A stretch of DNA of 64,000 nt, from the NCBI RefSeq assembly GCF_006345805.1, contig NW_021832380.1:62001-126000 (forward strand), written 5' to 3'. The translations under genes and the position numbers were made by a program. Below the pieces are notes generated by a model. The model was not told the DNA's origin. It did no database searches and saw nothing but the letters and a program-made list of their open reading frames with translations. This document shows, in pieces, positions 62,600 through 64,000 of the stretch; positions within the stretch are counted from its first letter, which is position 1, and every line of letters starts with the position of its first letter. The DNA is from Octopus sinensis (lineage: Eukaryota).

Positions 62600-63208
62600 T
62601 CAATTATAAAAGTCACCACGATGTTGATCATGGCGTTTTTTCTTGTCTTTCTGTCTTCGATTACAAAACCACACTCGGAGAATGTCGATCTGGATTCCGA
62701 GATAGTGGGACGCACGTGTCATTTCAAGATTTGAAGGCTTTTGGCAATTGCGGTATAGTTTGTGTAAATATTCTTTGGCATCCTCAGTAAAGCAAGTCCT
62801 CTTCCGGCGTTTATAATTATACTTCTCTACAACTCGACATTTCATACTCAATTCGAAGTAATCCCGTTGGGGACAGTCTTGGGAACTTGTGATTGCCACT
62901 AAAAAATAGTTGAGAATATCCATCAATTTTGCCATAGACGAAAGTGAGAGTTTTTGAGATTCAAATCGACAAATAGTCGTTTGTGAGACTGTAAAACCGT
63001 ACTTCTCAAGCATAGAGGACACGGCCGACTGCGTGAGTCCCAATTTGTTCCTCTCGCACCTGAAATAATATGTGAATCGAAATATCTTGTCATTCACGTG
63101 TTCACTTTGTTCTGTAAAAACATGATCATCCAACATGCCTTGAATTGAAGAGTCGTCACATAGATCAGACCACTGGTAAAAATTTGGATTGCCATAATTT
63201 TGATTCAT
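62600..63208 (-). CDS. POU-domain homeobox transcription factor, intronless and divergent
   Basis: POU-specific domain F..F...R.KLGLTQ..V......SQTTICRFE...LS...M.KL plus homeodomain KRRKRT..LRVWFCNRRQK. First in-frame ATG at 63208. Confidence 0.92.
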   Translation of the reverse strand: MNQNYGNPNFYQWSDLCDDSSIQGMLDDHVFTEQSEHVNDKIFRFTYYFRCERNKLGLTQSAVSSMLEKYGFTVSQTTICRFESQKLSLSSMAKLMDILNYFLVAITSSQDCPQRDYFELSMKCRVVEKYNYKRRKRTCFTEDAKEYLHKLYRNCQKPSNLEMTRASHYLGIQIDILRVWFCNRRQKDKKKRHDQHRGDFYN

Positions 63209-64000
63209 AATGCATTTTAGCGCTAATAACGATTTATATACTTCCAAGTATTACACAGCCAAATCTATGAAATGCACATCTGAAAATTCGACGGTAAATT
63301 TGCAAAACATTTGAATTTTCATTCATAACGCGAAGCAATATGTTTCGTTCAATACACACGCAAATACTTTCGTCTGATACTATCCAACAAACAAAGTATT
63401 CTTTGCCAACTGCATACCAATACTACTTACTCAGAAATAGCCAGTATTTTCAGATAATTAGAATATCACTATGCTGATTCTTATTTGTGTCATTTCTTTG
63501 AGTTTTTAAAGTTTTCAAACAAAATCATTTTAGTAAAAACCTGTAATCCATTATTCAGAAGTGACTGTGGTTAAACTGGAGGATAAAATTTTAAATTCCG
63601 TCGATTCTTCAATTTTTTTACGAAATCGGTTCTTGTTCTCTCTTGATTTTCTAAACTGCGTGGCTGGTGCATATGAAGGCTCAGGTACATACGTTCCTGT
63701 ATTTTCGCGGTAGCGCTGTTACTACTTAATAAAAGAACGAGAATACCGCTAATTCATACAACCATTAATATTGAGAATGCATTAATTAAATTTGAAAAAG
63801 TCAATCAATTATGAATGGTGTAAACTTTACTAACTTAATAAAAATATACCGTATATACTCGCGTCAAGCCGGCTTTAGAACTATGAAAAACACTCACCAA
63901 ATTATGAGGTCGACTTATATGCCCATCAGATAGACGGGACATAAAAATATGTGATACTAAACAACTTATTAGATCGTGCAAAAGAACGATAACACCGCTG

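Overview
AT-rich, very compact eukaryotic (metazoan-type) genomic window. Tightly packed gene islands alternate with AT-rich stretches of decayed transposons. Recognisable genes: two divergent ARPC2-like paralogs, RNA polymerase III subunit RPC2/POLR3B, an intronless HtrL/YibB-like membrane protein, an NDRG-family protein, an STK11IP-like LRR protein, a REV7/MAD2L2-like HORMA protein, a PMCA Ca2+-ATPase, a protocadherin, a PDZ-LIM protein, an aspartate-aminotransferase-like protein lacking its catalytic lysine, a WNK kinase, eIF4B and a POU homeobox protein. Almost every gene is split by ultra-short GT-AG introns (hand-counted examples 22-29 nt), which is why the ORF track is fragmented. No alternative genetic code is needed. 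Mobile DNA includes Tc1, pogo/Tigger, hAT, MULE, Merlin, Ginger-type integrase transposons (one carrying tiny introns), Helitron-like ends, many CRE-clade RLE retrotransposon fragments and Jockey/I/RTE-like LINE pieces. The strongest finds are: (1) a decayed bacterial aroB-aroA shikimate-operon fragment with overlapping stop/start embedded at 8.2-9.0 kb; (2) an eIF4B C-terminus built from a tandem array of symmetric micro-exons, each followed by a 23-25 nt intron; (3) a transposase gene interrupted by host-sized tiny introns; (4) an apparently intact aminotransferase pseudo-enzyme. All exon structures were hand-derived, so coordinates of degenerate elements are approximate. Several 1-nt frameshifts in homopolymers may be assembly errors.
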